Shown here piece after piece: positions 25,119-37,182 of a stretch of DNA of 64,000 bases. This DNA comes from Spongospora subterranea f. sp. subterranea. Taxonomy: Eukaryota. Numbering within the stretch: position 1 is the first letter of the stretch; each line of letters starts with the position of its first letter. The DNA is taken from contig JAUGWO010000068.1 of assembly GCA_049724395.1 (NCBI GenBank), positions 1-64,000 of the forward strand, given 5' to 3'. A program made the translations under genes and the position numbers. The notes under the pieces are model-generated. The model worked only from the letters and a program-made list of their open reading frames with translations, was not told where the DNA came from and did not search any database.

Positions 25119-25599
25119 GTATCTGATGCCGATGATTCTTCATCGTGGCGCCGTGGCCGTTATCTCTATATTGCTGTCCTCAAAGTTCAGTTACCTGAAG
25201 TTCTGTGTTTTCAAAAACATTGCTCTATTGAGTGAAACAAGACCAAGCCATTTTTTTGTTCATTTATAATTCTTCATGGGCGGGGACTGTTTGGTTGAGT
25301 CCAAAAATTATTTAAACATATGTACACTTGTAACAGAGCGGACGTTATTATAGTTGGTTGATATCGGTAGACTTTGACAAAATTACCTTACTCCAAGTAG
25401 TACTGTTGCTCGAAATTTCGAAGCTCTAGGCTGAGGAAACAAGGGTGCACCTCAAAGCTTGTAATCAGTCCCGACGGAAAATTATCTGACCCGAGCCCAC
25501 CCTTTGTCAACCTCTCAATGTAGAATGCGAATTAGTTGACCTTGAGCCAAGAGGAAGTCTACAACAAGGAAACGTTGATGATTTCTTCAAACTTGACTA

Positions 25600-26824
25600 C
25601 CGTTATGGCCCCATTTTCACGCGCTAAAAACTGTATATTTGCGTGCGGGATTTCATGGCGATTCTGTCGATGTGCAGATCATGGTGCTGTTATTTTTTAT
25701 TGCTTCACAATCATAGTTTTGTCATTGACGTGTCCCCGAGTTTATCCCATTCCCATCGTCAAGATGCCAAGCGGAAAAATACTCTACACAATCAAAGAAA
25801 TCAAAATATTGTCAGAGAGGCTTACGCACATGAAAGAACATTGAAGCAACAGCCAAACGTGACAAGATTCAACCGAATCAAATTCGGGCATGGAAGTTTT
25901 CGATGAACATCAACGAGGGTTTGGGCAAGACCAGAAAGTCGGCCGCGCCTCGCTTTAAACATCCAGAGCTTTACATAAGCTTGTTATCCTATTTCCACCA
26001 GCTTCGCGATCGGGACATTGCTGTCTCAGTTACAATGTTATGCAGGGAGGCAAGAACGTTGGAAGTTTTCAATAGTCTGTTCCTGTTTTTCTCACGTTGT
26101 TCATGTAGATTGGAAGCAAGTTTTGTGGGCAATAACGACGCTGCCCTTCGGCAAAGAATCGTTAATCGAAGACGAACACACATTGCCCAAAATACCCGCT
26201 GTAACGCGGATGCGGAACAAGATTTCGTGTTTTGTGTAAATGAGTACATTGATATGATGAGAATCTCCATCCTTCATCGTAAATATTGATGAAACCAACG
26301 TTGACTGGTCACGTTGTCCCTCAGAGGCAACCGAACAGTAACTGTCAAAGGCACAGAATGCAGTTATCGCTGTAGAGCGAAATGTCCAACCTTCTTGCTT
26401 CCCTGCATAACATTGTAACTGAGACAGCAATGTCCCGATCGCGAAGCTGGTGGAAATAGGATAACAAGCTTGTGGAAAGCTCTGGATGTTCAAAGCGAGG
26501 CGCGGTCGACTTTCTGGTCTTGTCCAAACCCTCGTTGATGTTCATCAAAGACTTCCATGCCCGAGTTTGATTCGGTTGAATCTTGTCACGTTTGGCTGTT
26601 GCTTCAATGTTTCTTTCGTGTGCGTAAGCCTCTCTTTGTTTTTATTTGATTGTGTAGAGTATTTTTTCCGCTTGGCATCTTGACGATGGGAATGAAATAA
26701 ACTCGGGGACACGTCAAAGACTCAAACTACGATTATGAAGCAATCGTAAATTAGCAGCACCATGATCTGCACATCGACGGAATCACCATGAAATCCCGCA
26801 GGCAAATATTACCGCGTGAAAATG
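25600..26824. mobile_element. Pogo/Tc2-like DNA transposon remnant arranged as a fold-back (two inverted 5' halves)
   Basis: Left end TA|CCGTTATGG. CENP-B-type HTH (HPELYISLLSYFHQLRDRDIAVSVTMLCREAR), RRRTHIAQ and NIDET (26282-26296). Arm 25612-26063 is repeated in inverted orientation at 26385-26824. Confidence 0.85.
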
Positions 26825-27327
26825 ATGAGTTGAATGAAGTCACAGACCTTCTTCTTTGTGCATTAGGCTTCCTTCATCGCAAAATCAAGCTATATGCAAT
26901 GACAATGAGCATGATGTTGTCATCCATCCCTCGCCAACCTCAACCTAGCTCACAACCAACACTGCGTCACGACGGGGAAGGATACAGTTATCGCCGGGGA
27001 TCCTTCTATCACCTAAGCACAGCTGTCGCTTGTTCAAACCAATTTTGGTGGTTAACCTGTGTATCTTGGGATACGCAGGGTCATGGCGCAGGGCTTCTGC
27101 CGGATCAACTGTGGTTGCTTAGGTGATACAAGGATCCCCGGCGATAATTGTATTTTTCCCCGTCGTGACGCAGTGTTGGTTGTGAGCTAGGTTGAGGTTG
27201 GCGAGGGATGGATGACAACATCATGCTCATTGTCATTGCATATAGCTTGATTTTGCGATGAAGGAAGCCTAATGCACAAAGAAGAAGGTCTGTGACTTCA
27301 TTCAACTCATCATTTTCACGCGGTAAT
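26808..27327. repeat. Long palindrome with ~212-bp arms and ~96-bp spacer; partial third copy at 27328-27401
   Basis: 26808-27019 is the near-perfect reverse complement of 27116-27327. The ORF track shows the same peptide on both strands. Confidence 0.95.
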
Positions 27328-27429
27328 CAGTGTTGGTTGTGAGCTAGGTTGAGGTGGTGAGGGAGGGATGACAACATCGTGCTCATTGTCATTGCATATA
27401 GACGCCATAACCAAACTTGACAACTGAAT

Positions 27430-27965
27430 GGGCCTACAGAAAACACTGGCCAAACTGCGGCCAGTTAGTGTGGCCAGTGTTTTCTGTAGGCCGGCGGTAG
27501 GGTGCGAATTAACCGGCCGCAGTCACTGGCCTGATTGATCAAAGTAGGCCAGCGATTGCGGCCAGTTAATTCACACCCTAACTGTTATCCAGGCAATCAC
27601 CAGGCCAGTATGTGCGGCCAGTGAATTCTGTCACACCCTAGTTAGGGTGTGATGGGGTGCGGTACAGATTGATCGAAACTGTGCGCAGCCCGTCTGTGGA
27701 TACACTGAGCGAAACACTGCCATACACTGTACAATTGATCGACAATTGATCGAGATCGAAAATTGATCGAAGCTGTGGGCAGCCCGTCTTTGGATGCACT
27801 GGGTTCTTTCAAATCCTGTGCGACTGACCGATGATGGAATTTAATCGAGGACGTGATTTTCGGCTATTTTTCCCACGACGGGTGTTGATCAATCAGGCCA
27901 GTGACTGCGGCTGGTTAATTCACACCCTATGGCCAGTTAGTGTGGCCAGTGTTTTCTGTAGGCCC
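27430..27965. mobile_element. MITE-like element with 23-bp TIRs and nested internal hairpins
   Basis: GGGCCTACAGAAAACACTGGCCA at 27430 and its reverse complement ending at 27965. Internal hairpins at 27431-27492, 27498-27580 and 27632-27651; direct repeats at 27668-27800; non-coding. Confidence 0.7.
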
Positions 27966-29459
27966 CAAAACAACGGTGGCATCTGTCGGAGCTAAATTAT
28001 TACGGTAAGTTTACTCAGAATTAGAATCGAGAATGCCCAATTTGCTGGAGCCTCAAACAGAGGTTTTTTATCGGTTGCTGGGGCAATCCCTCAGCTTAGC
28101 CAATTTGACCTTGTATTCCGAGCAGATTTGAAGACTCACCTATGACTAAAGATGACGAAACTTGAAAAACTATTAAAGCGTAACTTAACTACAATAACGA
28201 ACAACCTTGATCAAATTCAATATCGATATGTCAACATTACCGATCATGCAATTGGCAGCAAAAAGCCAAGACCTGAACTAGGTTGTTTGTCGGAAAGTGG
28301 AGCGACACCCTGTAAGCCAAGTGAAGCAACACAATTCTAGTCAGCGATATCGTAGAAATTTGGATGTTGTGGTGAGCTAAGCAAAATCAATATGCGGCTG
28401 CGCCTCATGAAATCCATCACAACACAATTCCGTCAATGCCACGTCAAACACAATGGCAATTACCCACAAAGGCGCTTCTCAAAACGCCATTATCGCCACC
28501 CAACAGCTTGATTAGGTGCGCTGAATAGCTGGAAAATCGATTTGTAGTTTGGAAATCAGGCCACGTTTTCAAAGCTCAGCAGCACCAATTCTGGGTTTCT
28601 CGAACGGTTCGCGAATCTGAAGTTTCCTTGAAAGGGTTCGCAGGGTAGAACGTGTTATAAAATCCCTGCAATGACACTTGTTTGGGAGGTTCATGGCGAT
28701 ACTCTTTGTGGATCGAGAGCGCTGATAGTATCGACGAAGAGATTTTTCCCGCGATCCATTTGATGAATGTCGAGATTCAGACCGATCCAACGGTAAATGG
28801 TGAACGACCAACGATCGTTCAGCAGAAAACAGTGGAAGAGCAGCGGTACTACTTCCTGATTATCGTACCTGAACCGAGTTTCATACTCCCTCCGTCCCAT
28901 AAAGTCTGGTCGGTACGGTGGGATTAAGGCGAGATTTTGGACATGGCGCCATTACGGTTGCTCAATAGAGAGCTTTTATTTCCGCCCACAGTTTAAATAA
29001 TGATTGTCGGTTGTGAAACTGAAAAAAGGGGGAGATGCCCAAGCAAGCAAACATGTAGTATTGAGCAACGAACAGCGCCAGGGGATATATCAGTTGCTTC
29101 TGACAAAATTGCGAAACAGGAAGCATTGCATGACTTAAACTATGCAAATGGGTGGAGGGATCGATTACAAGATCCCTCACATGGGCAAAGAGCTTTTAGA
29201 GCGTAGTAATTCCCTCCCAGCCACTCTCAAAGTTGACCAAGCGTTAATGAAAAGAGAGAGAGAATTAATAAAAAATCATGCATAATCGGTGGGACGAGCT
29301 GCAGTAAAGAAATGACTGGATTTCGTATCGATCAGACTTTTTGGGACAAAACGAAAAGTGCGTTCCGACCAGACTTTATGGGATAGAGGGAGTAATTCAC
29401 AAACAATTTTTGAACTTTTGGTGGAAAGAACACCGCAATTGCTGGAACCGCCCTATTTA

Positions 29460-30271
29460 TCACTTGATTTTCTTCTCGATCTGGGTCTCAGACGTCCTGG
29501 AAAGATCGTCAAATGAAACGGCCCCGGGGCAGGACATGACGGCCTCGTATTCGAGTTTGACAATATCATGGACGTGAGCGCAATCTCTGATTCTTAACCG
29601 GCGACCGAGGGACGACCGCTGGAGGAAATCGAACAGTTTGGGGCGGACCAAGAGCACGATGAACAGGTGCCACGCTAGCGCAAGCGCCATTCCGATCAGG
29701 GCACCTGCTACGATCTGATCGACGGAATGAACCTTCATGTGAACTCTGAGATTACAGAGAACGGGTCAGACCAGGGCGAATTGCTTGAAGGGCGACGCGA
29801 ACAACCTAGACCATGCCACGATCGTGGCCGTGATGAATAGACCCAGCGAGATCGATGCCTTGGTGAATCGCGTGCGTTCTGCCGCCATCACGATCAACGT
29901 TCCGTACGTGGCGACAAAAAACATGAACTGGGAGTGGTCGGAAGGCATTCCATAACCGGAACGGAGCGATTCTATGGAGTTTACAGGAATTACTTGGGTA
30001 AGTCCCATAATTAGCACAAAGGCTTGTGCGAACATCAGCTACCAAAAGGTCTCGGATGTTTGAGTATCTTCTTCAACACGATATTGGACAGCGTACAGAG
30101 AATGATGCCCGTGCCGAACATCAGCGTCTGCAGGTCGCGCCGGGACACGAACAGGGTGAGCACGGCGACGCCGATGGCCAGCGGGAGCAGCGACGAATAG
30201 GCCAGCAGCAAGCTGACCAGACTTCCCTGCGTGTACCACAGGTACGTCAGGTCAACGACCACCAGCGCCAT
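29460..30271 (-). CDS. DOLPP1: Dolichyldiphosphatase (PAP2 family), 3 exons
   Basis: LTYLWY...LAYSSLLP...RRDLQT, KKILKHPRP, GYGMPSDHSQFMFF, VAWSR...HSVDQIVAG and LRIRD. Confidence 0.9.
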
Positions 30272-31152
30272 GACGTTTCGCGCCAATCTATGGCAAATTT
30301 CCCCCGTTACTGGCTCTATGTCGGTGACGGCGTAACAAACGCTGAGCGCGGACTCCGCCTGTTTACAGGACCCCAGTGCCTCGAAAAATGAATTTACTTT
30401 GCAAGCAGATCCTCGCGCTTATTGGCAGTTATTGTGTGTTTCAAATTGATTGTTTGCTCTGTGGAATATTGAAAGCGTCGATCTCGACGAACAAACTTCA
30501 ATGTTTTTGAGATGATATGAAAACGGTGTTGTCGATTGGAGTCAGTTGTGACAAACGCAGCCAACTCTCTCATCCAGCGTCTCGACTTAGGACCCACTGA
30601 GCAAAAGTCAGCGGAATTCCGTCCAGGGACATTTCCCAGAGATACATTTCGTCAGGTTCTGGCGTCGTAATGATGGGTTTTCCATGTAATCATACAGCCG
30701 CAGCGAGATCGTCGACGCGTCCTGCGCAAGTGATATTTTGGCAATTTGGGTTTCATCGCTTTTACACCAACTCCAACGCGAATTCGTCGGCTTTCAGTTT
30801 GAGGACGCGCGCTGTTTACGGTGCACTGAAGAACCGTTCCATTGTCGACGATCCACATTCCCCGACTTTCTATCCTTGTCCAAGACGGCCAGCTCAGTTG
30901 ATGATGGGAACAGGGCAGACGTCAAAAAATGATTTGAAAAAATACGGCTAAGACCAATTTTTGAACGCGACCGTTCGAAACGGTTTTCTAAGTACTTCAA
31001 CTCATCAACCCAAATCTTCTAAAGTCACCGAATGACGTTGGTGCAATCTGGGGTTGGGAGGCAAAAATTTCGTTCCGGATAAGTGTACACATTTATATTG
31101 AGCGAAAGAAAGATAACCTACTTTCACAATAGATAATCAAAGCGGCAAACAT

Positions 31153-32860
31153 TCACGTTTTGGTAACTCTCCGTTCCCTAATCATGGCACCAGCTTCGTG
31201 GTTACTATCTGGCTGAAAATCGGTCTCGCCTGAAACCAGCTTCTTCAACACGCTTTCGGCAAAAATCTGCTGACGTTTTTGCAAAAATCGGCTCGACGGG
31301 ACCAGATACTTCATATATCCATCCCAGTCTACATTCTTCAGTCCAGCCATGTGGGCAATGGACGCTTTGACGCGGGCCGCGAACTGAATCGGGGTTTCGT
31401 TCTCGCCGATGGACGTCGGCGGAAGAAACCAGACGTCCCCTACCACCGCCCACCTCGTCATCAGATGGAACAGGTGCATATGGAACGGTTGAGCACGCGA
31501 ATTCCAGAACGCATCCACGAACTGCTTGTCGTATTTGATGGCAATCGGGCATATCTCCGCTCCCATGTCGAAAATCTGGATCAACGTTAACTACCAAATA
31601 CAAGGGCAAGCAACATATCGCTTACCCCTTTTTTGAATTGGACACAGTACTCGTTGTTAACGCACGTGCCTTCGGGGAAGATTAAAAGCCTGTTCCCTGC
31701 GGGATTTCGAATATGGTCCTTGATTCTATCAAAACTGATCAGGGACGCACAAGCTGGACGGCTGGAAGCGTACCGATTAGCAGTAATTGAGCGGTCTTTG
31801 ATCTCGGCACGCTGGAACCATATACAGTCGAGAGAGGACAAAACGTGGTCTTGGAAAAACGCCACCCATCCAGCGTGATGCTGTCCAACTACACTGAACG
31901 GGGCCTGCTGCAAGAGGACAATAACGTCGATCATGCTGGTATGATTGGCAGCGTAAATCTGACTAGCTTTGCGTTCTGGGAGTTTTCCGTGAAACCGTAT
32001 CAAACCGGTCCATGAAAACACAAACGAACATGCCAGAAACATGATGCACTTTCCCTGTTCGAGACCTTAAAGCAAACGACAAAAACAAAACGCTATAAGA
32101 GATTACGTGAAAGAGAGCGCGACGTTCGCCTTTGAACAAAACATAACCAAATAGGAACGCGATCGCAGTTAAGAGCATGGCCACAATTAGTGCCACGAAC
32201 CTAACTGGAGTTGAAAACACGTCCGGTTCCACGTAAAAAAAAAGTACCTTAGTGGAAACAAGATTCCGTATCTGATTAAAACGCCAAGACACCAGACGAT
32301 ATAGAGAGTTGGTGTCCAGTTCCAAGAGCAAACGGGACTAGTCTGGAAACATTTATGGAACCCATCCTAAACGACCATGGTCTGCGTTGGAAACAAAAGT
32401 ACACTCGCATACCAACCTCAACAACGAGGGACATCCCGTCGCCAAGAAACGGCAGCATATCAGCGAGAGCGAATCTAAGCGAACAAACTCAGTGGCAAGC
32501 ATCGCAAAATCGACGTAATAATGATCAGATCCATTAAACGTTGAAGGTAGTAATTTACCCTTTCTGTTGTTTACGATCAATAGCGGCCAACAGCACGGAT
32601 TCCATTTCCATTTGCATTTTCATTCGATCAGAATTTGAGGGGCCTTCTACAGCAAAACTTGATAGATCGAATGTGCTAGTTCTAAACTGAGACAACGAGC
32701 CCAAATATCAGAACTGACGCGCCGACCTCTGATTTCTCTCAATAATCGACGCCATCATTTGGCTCTGGGAATGGGATCGTCCTCGTTTCATTGCATCCAC
32801 AGCCATATCGGCGCTGGCCGGGCGTACCAGGCTAACCCGATTCACTGAATTCACAGCCAT
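31153..32860 (-). CDS. GPAT9: ER glycerol-3-phosphate acyltransferase (GPAT3/4, plant GPAT9 type), multi-exon
   Basis: WNWTPTLYIVWCLGVLIRYGILFPLR, ANHTSMID, LLIFPEGTCVNN, CPIAIKYDKQFVDAFWNS and VDWDGYMKY. Confidence 0.92.
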
Positions 32861-33281
32861 AGCCAAAACGCCCTCGGGATGGTTTCGGCTTTGGTTGTGG
32901 TTCTTTTTCGATTGTGTAAGTGCGTCGCAGACCGTGTACGCAACTTGTGTATTCCGCCGCAGAGTTCCACGTCTAAAGTAACCTTTGCGCGCATTATTGT
33001 CGTCATTTCGACTGTCAACCCAGACAAACGCGCAGTGGCGCAACTACCAAGTCAATACAGCCAAATTTCGGTAACAAGAGCCAAGTCATTTTCGCGGAAA
33101 ACCTGAGTTGTCTGCTCGCACTTCGCGAGTACAGTACACCACTAACTAGCGCAACTGTCTGATTGCGCGGTCTGGGAATGACTGAGACTATGTGGCGCAA
33201 CAATTCAATTGGACAGTCCACAACAATCGCGTCACTTTATTGCATTCACTGCGATTGGGTTTTTCTTCGCCATTGTCACAA

Positions 33282-34393
33282 ATGTCGATTGCCGAGGCGT
33301 CACCAGTTGCCGGTGGATCGTATTGTCTGCATCGTTATTTTTCGTGGTCAATAACGGCTGCGTTCGATCTTTAGGAAAACGATCGAATGCTGTTAAACGC
33401 ATCATGCAGGAGCTGAGAGAGCTCCAGGAGAACACCACAGATGAGTTCATGGCTCAACCGCTGGACGACAACCTGTTCGAATGGCATTTCTCGATTCGCG
33501 GTCCTAGAGACAGTGAATTCCAGGGCGGTATCTACCATGGGAGGATAATGCTGCTGTAAGCGCGCTCAAAACACATTGCCAACCATTCGCGAACTGAGTT
33601 CTGCCCCCTTTTTTTCGTTTTCCACCGTTTCCAGTTGTCCAAAATCATCCTGAGTGTCGATCGCAGGCCCAGCGATTACCCGTTTCAGCCACCCGATCTG
33701 ATGATGCTAACGGTGAGCGCACACCGATCAGCCTTTGACTCTCAAACCCTAATCGTTCATTATTCAGCCCTCGGGGCGATTCGAAATCGGCAAGAAAATA
33801 TGTCTCAGGTGATCTTGCCCTTTCTCGTTCGTGTTTTTTTTTCTGAAATTTCCTGTTTTTTGCCCTAGCATTTCAGGGTTCCACCCGGAACATTGGCAGG
33901 TTTGTCGCCGAGCAAGTCTAAAATCTGGATTTCATTGTTGTTGAACACTGTCGATTTTTTTTTTCAGCCTTCTTGGAGCATTCGCACGTTATTGGTGGCG
34001 CTCATTGCGTTCATGCCAACCGATCCGCAAGGTGCCATCGGGTCGCTCGACTACTCCAAGGAAGAGCGCAAACATTTCGTCGAACACAGCCGCTCCTGGT
34101 CGTGCTCCGGTTGTGGTTCATCCAATGCCACGTGTTTTCGCGACCTTGACCCTGAAACCGACACATCCTTTCTGCCCGATTCGCCGATCGACGGCCCGAC
34201 TGCAGACCCGTTATTGGCCGGCGCTGAGTCGCCCATCGCGGTTCCGGAGCCGGATCCAGTCACTGATTCGGAACTGTTGGTTCCCACCAGCCTGAGTGCG
34301 GCGTCCCGCGAAGACATCATGTGGACGTCGTTGACGCTGGCGTTGGTGTTTGGAATCGTCGCCATCATGATCAAGAAACTGATCTCGTCATAA
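33282..34393 (+). CDS. UBE2J1: Ubiquitin-conjugating enzyme E2 J1/UBC6-type, tail-anchored, multi-exon
   Basis: AVKRIMQELREL, PLDDNLFEWHFSIRGP, GGIYHGRI, DYPFQPP, GRFEIGKKICL|SISGFHPEHWQ|PSWSIRT and a C-terminal TM helix. The start at 33282 is inferred from a phase-compatible intron. Confidence 0.92.
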
Positions 34394-34451
34394 ATGTCCC
34401 CTGGAGTCTTGCATCATACATAATATTAACTATTTCCCGCCAAACTCCGAA

Positions 34452-35952
34452 CTATTTATCATCCTTCCGCTGCGTAGATGTGTCCGACGTCGAAATGGGC
34501 TGATTGTCGCATGGGTTTCCGCGAAATGTGTCCACCGTTAACTCGACTGTGAACTGGAGAAATCCGACAAACGAACTACGGGCCACTTCTTTGATTGGCG
34601 GAATCGTCGTTAACGGCCCCTTTTCGTTTGCACCGGCCTTTGTCAAAAGAAAACGTCGTCTCGGCTCAGAAGGCAGTCTAGAAAATCGTCGTCTCGGCTG
34701 ACCTGGCGTTGCCAAATCACGGGCGTGACAATGTTGTATCCACCTTTATGAAGAAAACCTGCCCATGCGATGCAGTCTGACCAGGGCGTTTGAGTCTCTG
34801 GGCCCGGCCGCCCTCAGAAGGCAGTCTAGAAAATCGGTGGCCAACGCGAAATCTGCCCATTTTTGGATTTAGCTGGATTCGCTGGGCTAAATTCGTGGCT
34901 GAGCTCTGACAGTTTTCTCATCAAGAAGGGTCCTGATTCTGGAGTTGTTGTTTTGTGTTTTGGAATGGGCGGGATGTTGTTGAATCTCCCAGATCCAAGG
35001 GATTTCACTTCAAACACATATCGTCAACCGAAATCGCAAAGCGATTCACTCCGCTGCGATATCTGAACAGGCAAAAACTGCCGTTTTTCTTTACCTGCCT
35101 GCCAACGCCAAGATCTTTTTCATAAGCCGGCGCGCTGAAAGTCGGAACCGATGTGGCCGGATTGACGCTCGACCAGAACCAGATCTTCAACGCAACAAAT
35201 AGACCACATGGGGAAGGTCGATGGAAAACAGATTGACCTCGTCACTAGACGATAGGACATTCTGTGAACCCATTATGTGGTTGTTTTTTAGGGGATTTGA
35301 CGGAATTTCATTGAACTTTGCATGATTGCCGAACCTTTCGTTAAGATTGGTGTTTCCGAATCAAAATCGCATTGATGAAACTGGTTTATTTGAGGCCAGC
35401 AAAATTCGCATTCTCGATAGATTACAGATCGTGCCGTTTTCCTGTCGTCGCCGTCTCATTCACGCCCATCCTTGGGTTCGCCAGGCCCGGGCGCGCGGTC
35501 GTCGTACTGCTCGGGTAGCGCCAGGCCGACCATTTGGGCCACGCCCGCGTTCTGCTTCTTGCTGTCTCGTGACAGACCCCATCCATGCTCTCTCAACAAC
35601 GACTACGAAGAGCCAAATTCGTTTAGGGCAAAACCAAAAAATTCGAAAAGCGCAAACTGAAAACAAGCATTTGTAATTCATTTACAAAACCGACAATGTA
35701 ATATCAGAAAAATGGTGGAAACACTGGTGTTGTTTGAATCAAAAAAATCACAGTTTGGAAATCTGACATGTAAAAGTGGCAATGAACCTCGTGTTGATCA
35801 ATATGCTGCAGCAAATCGGCAAACGACCCATTGACAAGTTCAGGGCATTTCTTGGCGGAGGCCAGCCAAGCCTCGGTGCTGGCTCTGGCCGTCGCCGACT
35901 GATGCTGCTGGCGGCGCACGACCTGCCCGATCAGTTTCTCGAGCTGCTTCAT
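34452..35952 (-). CDS. Hypothetical multi-exon low-complexity protein
   Basis: Several minus-strand ORF segments bounded by GT/AG. A 24-bp direct repeat (34665-34688 and 34813-34836) encodes RFSRLPSE. No recognisable domain. Confidence 0.4.
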
Positions 35953-36450
35953 TACTGGCGCGTCGATCGACCCAATGGCCGTCGGACGGCGTAGGGCCGG
36001 TGCCGGTGCTCAGGAGCCGAAGGGCCGAGCAGCAGCGGGCCCACCTGCGGCCTGAAATTGGTCAAAAACGGGTTCGGGCACGGTTTGGGCATGAAACTAG
36101 CTCCAGAATAGCGGCGGTCTAATGGCTCAATGGACTGCAGGGCAAACACTTGTCGATTCCATTTATTTGGGCGATATAGTCGGTACTACTGGAGATGGCG
36201 CTAGAACCCGGGCAAAACACAACGACTGGGGGACAAGTCAAGGTCGCCAGTCATCGACAATGTAGTTTTGACGCTCTTTACGATGAGTATTCTCAGTGAT
36301 CGTTGTTCCCGACTGGCCATACGATTTAAAGAAATACGCGTTCATCAGTTTGTATCGATTCACTATATCTCAGATTTGAAATCTTAAAAAAGGAATATCT
36401 CCCAGGGTGTATCTTTATATTCATCCATGTTAAACTGCATTCATCTGAAT

Positions 36451-36535
36451 GTGTTTGTGGCCGAGTTGGTCTAAGGCGCCAGCTTAAGGCGCTGGTTTCG
36501 TTCGCGGAGCGCGGGTTCAAATCCCGTCGAACACA
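36451..36535 (+). tRNA. tRNA-Leu(AAG)
   Basis: Acceptor GTGTTTG/CGAACAC; D arm with TGGCCGAGTTGG (A-box); anticodon arm CCAGC-TTAAGGC-GCTGG; long variable arm; T arm GCGGG-TTCAAAT-CCCGT; downstream T-run terminator; no encoded CCA. Confidence 0.95.
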
Positions 36536-37182
36536 TTTGTTTTTTGAACTCCACACTTTTTTTCATTAAGAATTAAATTCGGGCTGTTCGTTGACCTGAA
36601 TACATTAATCATCTCGGTTTCGTTGACGAGTAACTGCCGGGCAGGAATACCCCTTGTGAAGAATCTCGTATCGTTGTTGAGAACGGCTTGGCAGCAAACG
36701 ATTTCGATCTGGGCCTTCCTTTCGTACCATCGGGTGCGATGACAATAATGGTTTCAAGGCGGTTCTTCGACCGACTGTTTCGCAGGCATCAGCAACGTCA
36801 TGTGCTGAATGACACAACCGTATTGACATGGCCTTGTTGGAAAGCATTTCCAAATGTGAACTGTCCGTAAAGGTTCAACGATTGACGTAGCCTGTAATGC
36901 GGTTAATCAGACACTCTTCCAGTAATAATTTGCATATCACAGCTGTAAGTCATCCAAAGCAACGATGAGTTCGGGGGGAAGAGGCCGTGCTTGATTTGAC
37001 GACAAATACGTTTTTGGGATGGATCGACTAGCGAACTGGTACTTCTTTACAGGACAAAACACCACAAAAACTTTGATTTACCCTGATATATTGTGGGCCG
37101 TTGAGGCATTTCAACGGAAATCCGGAGACGGGCACATGGTGTATATTGCGGGTTTCGGCGTGATGTAGCCAGTCCGGTCGTG

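Noticed and set aside
26788..27305. Pair of identical small proteins on opposite strands
   Set aside because: A by-product of the palindrome; no evidence of coding.
27430..27965. CRISPR-like array
   Set aside because: The repeats are inverted or nested with no regular unique spacers, there are no cas genes, and the context is eukaryotic.
28000..29400. Short ORFs between the MITE and DOLPP1
   Set aside because: No recognisable motif or consistent exon chain.
30394..31000. Possible Tc1 HTH remnant (RDRRRVLRK...)
   Set aside because: Too short and broken; no DDE motif or TIR seen.
36480..36495. tRNA-Leu(TAA) assignment
   Set aside because: The 5-bp stem CCAGC/GCTGG sets the loop as TTAAGGC, which makes the anticodon AAG.
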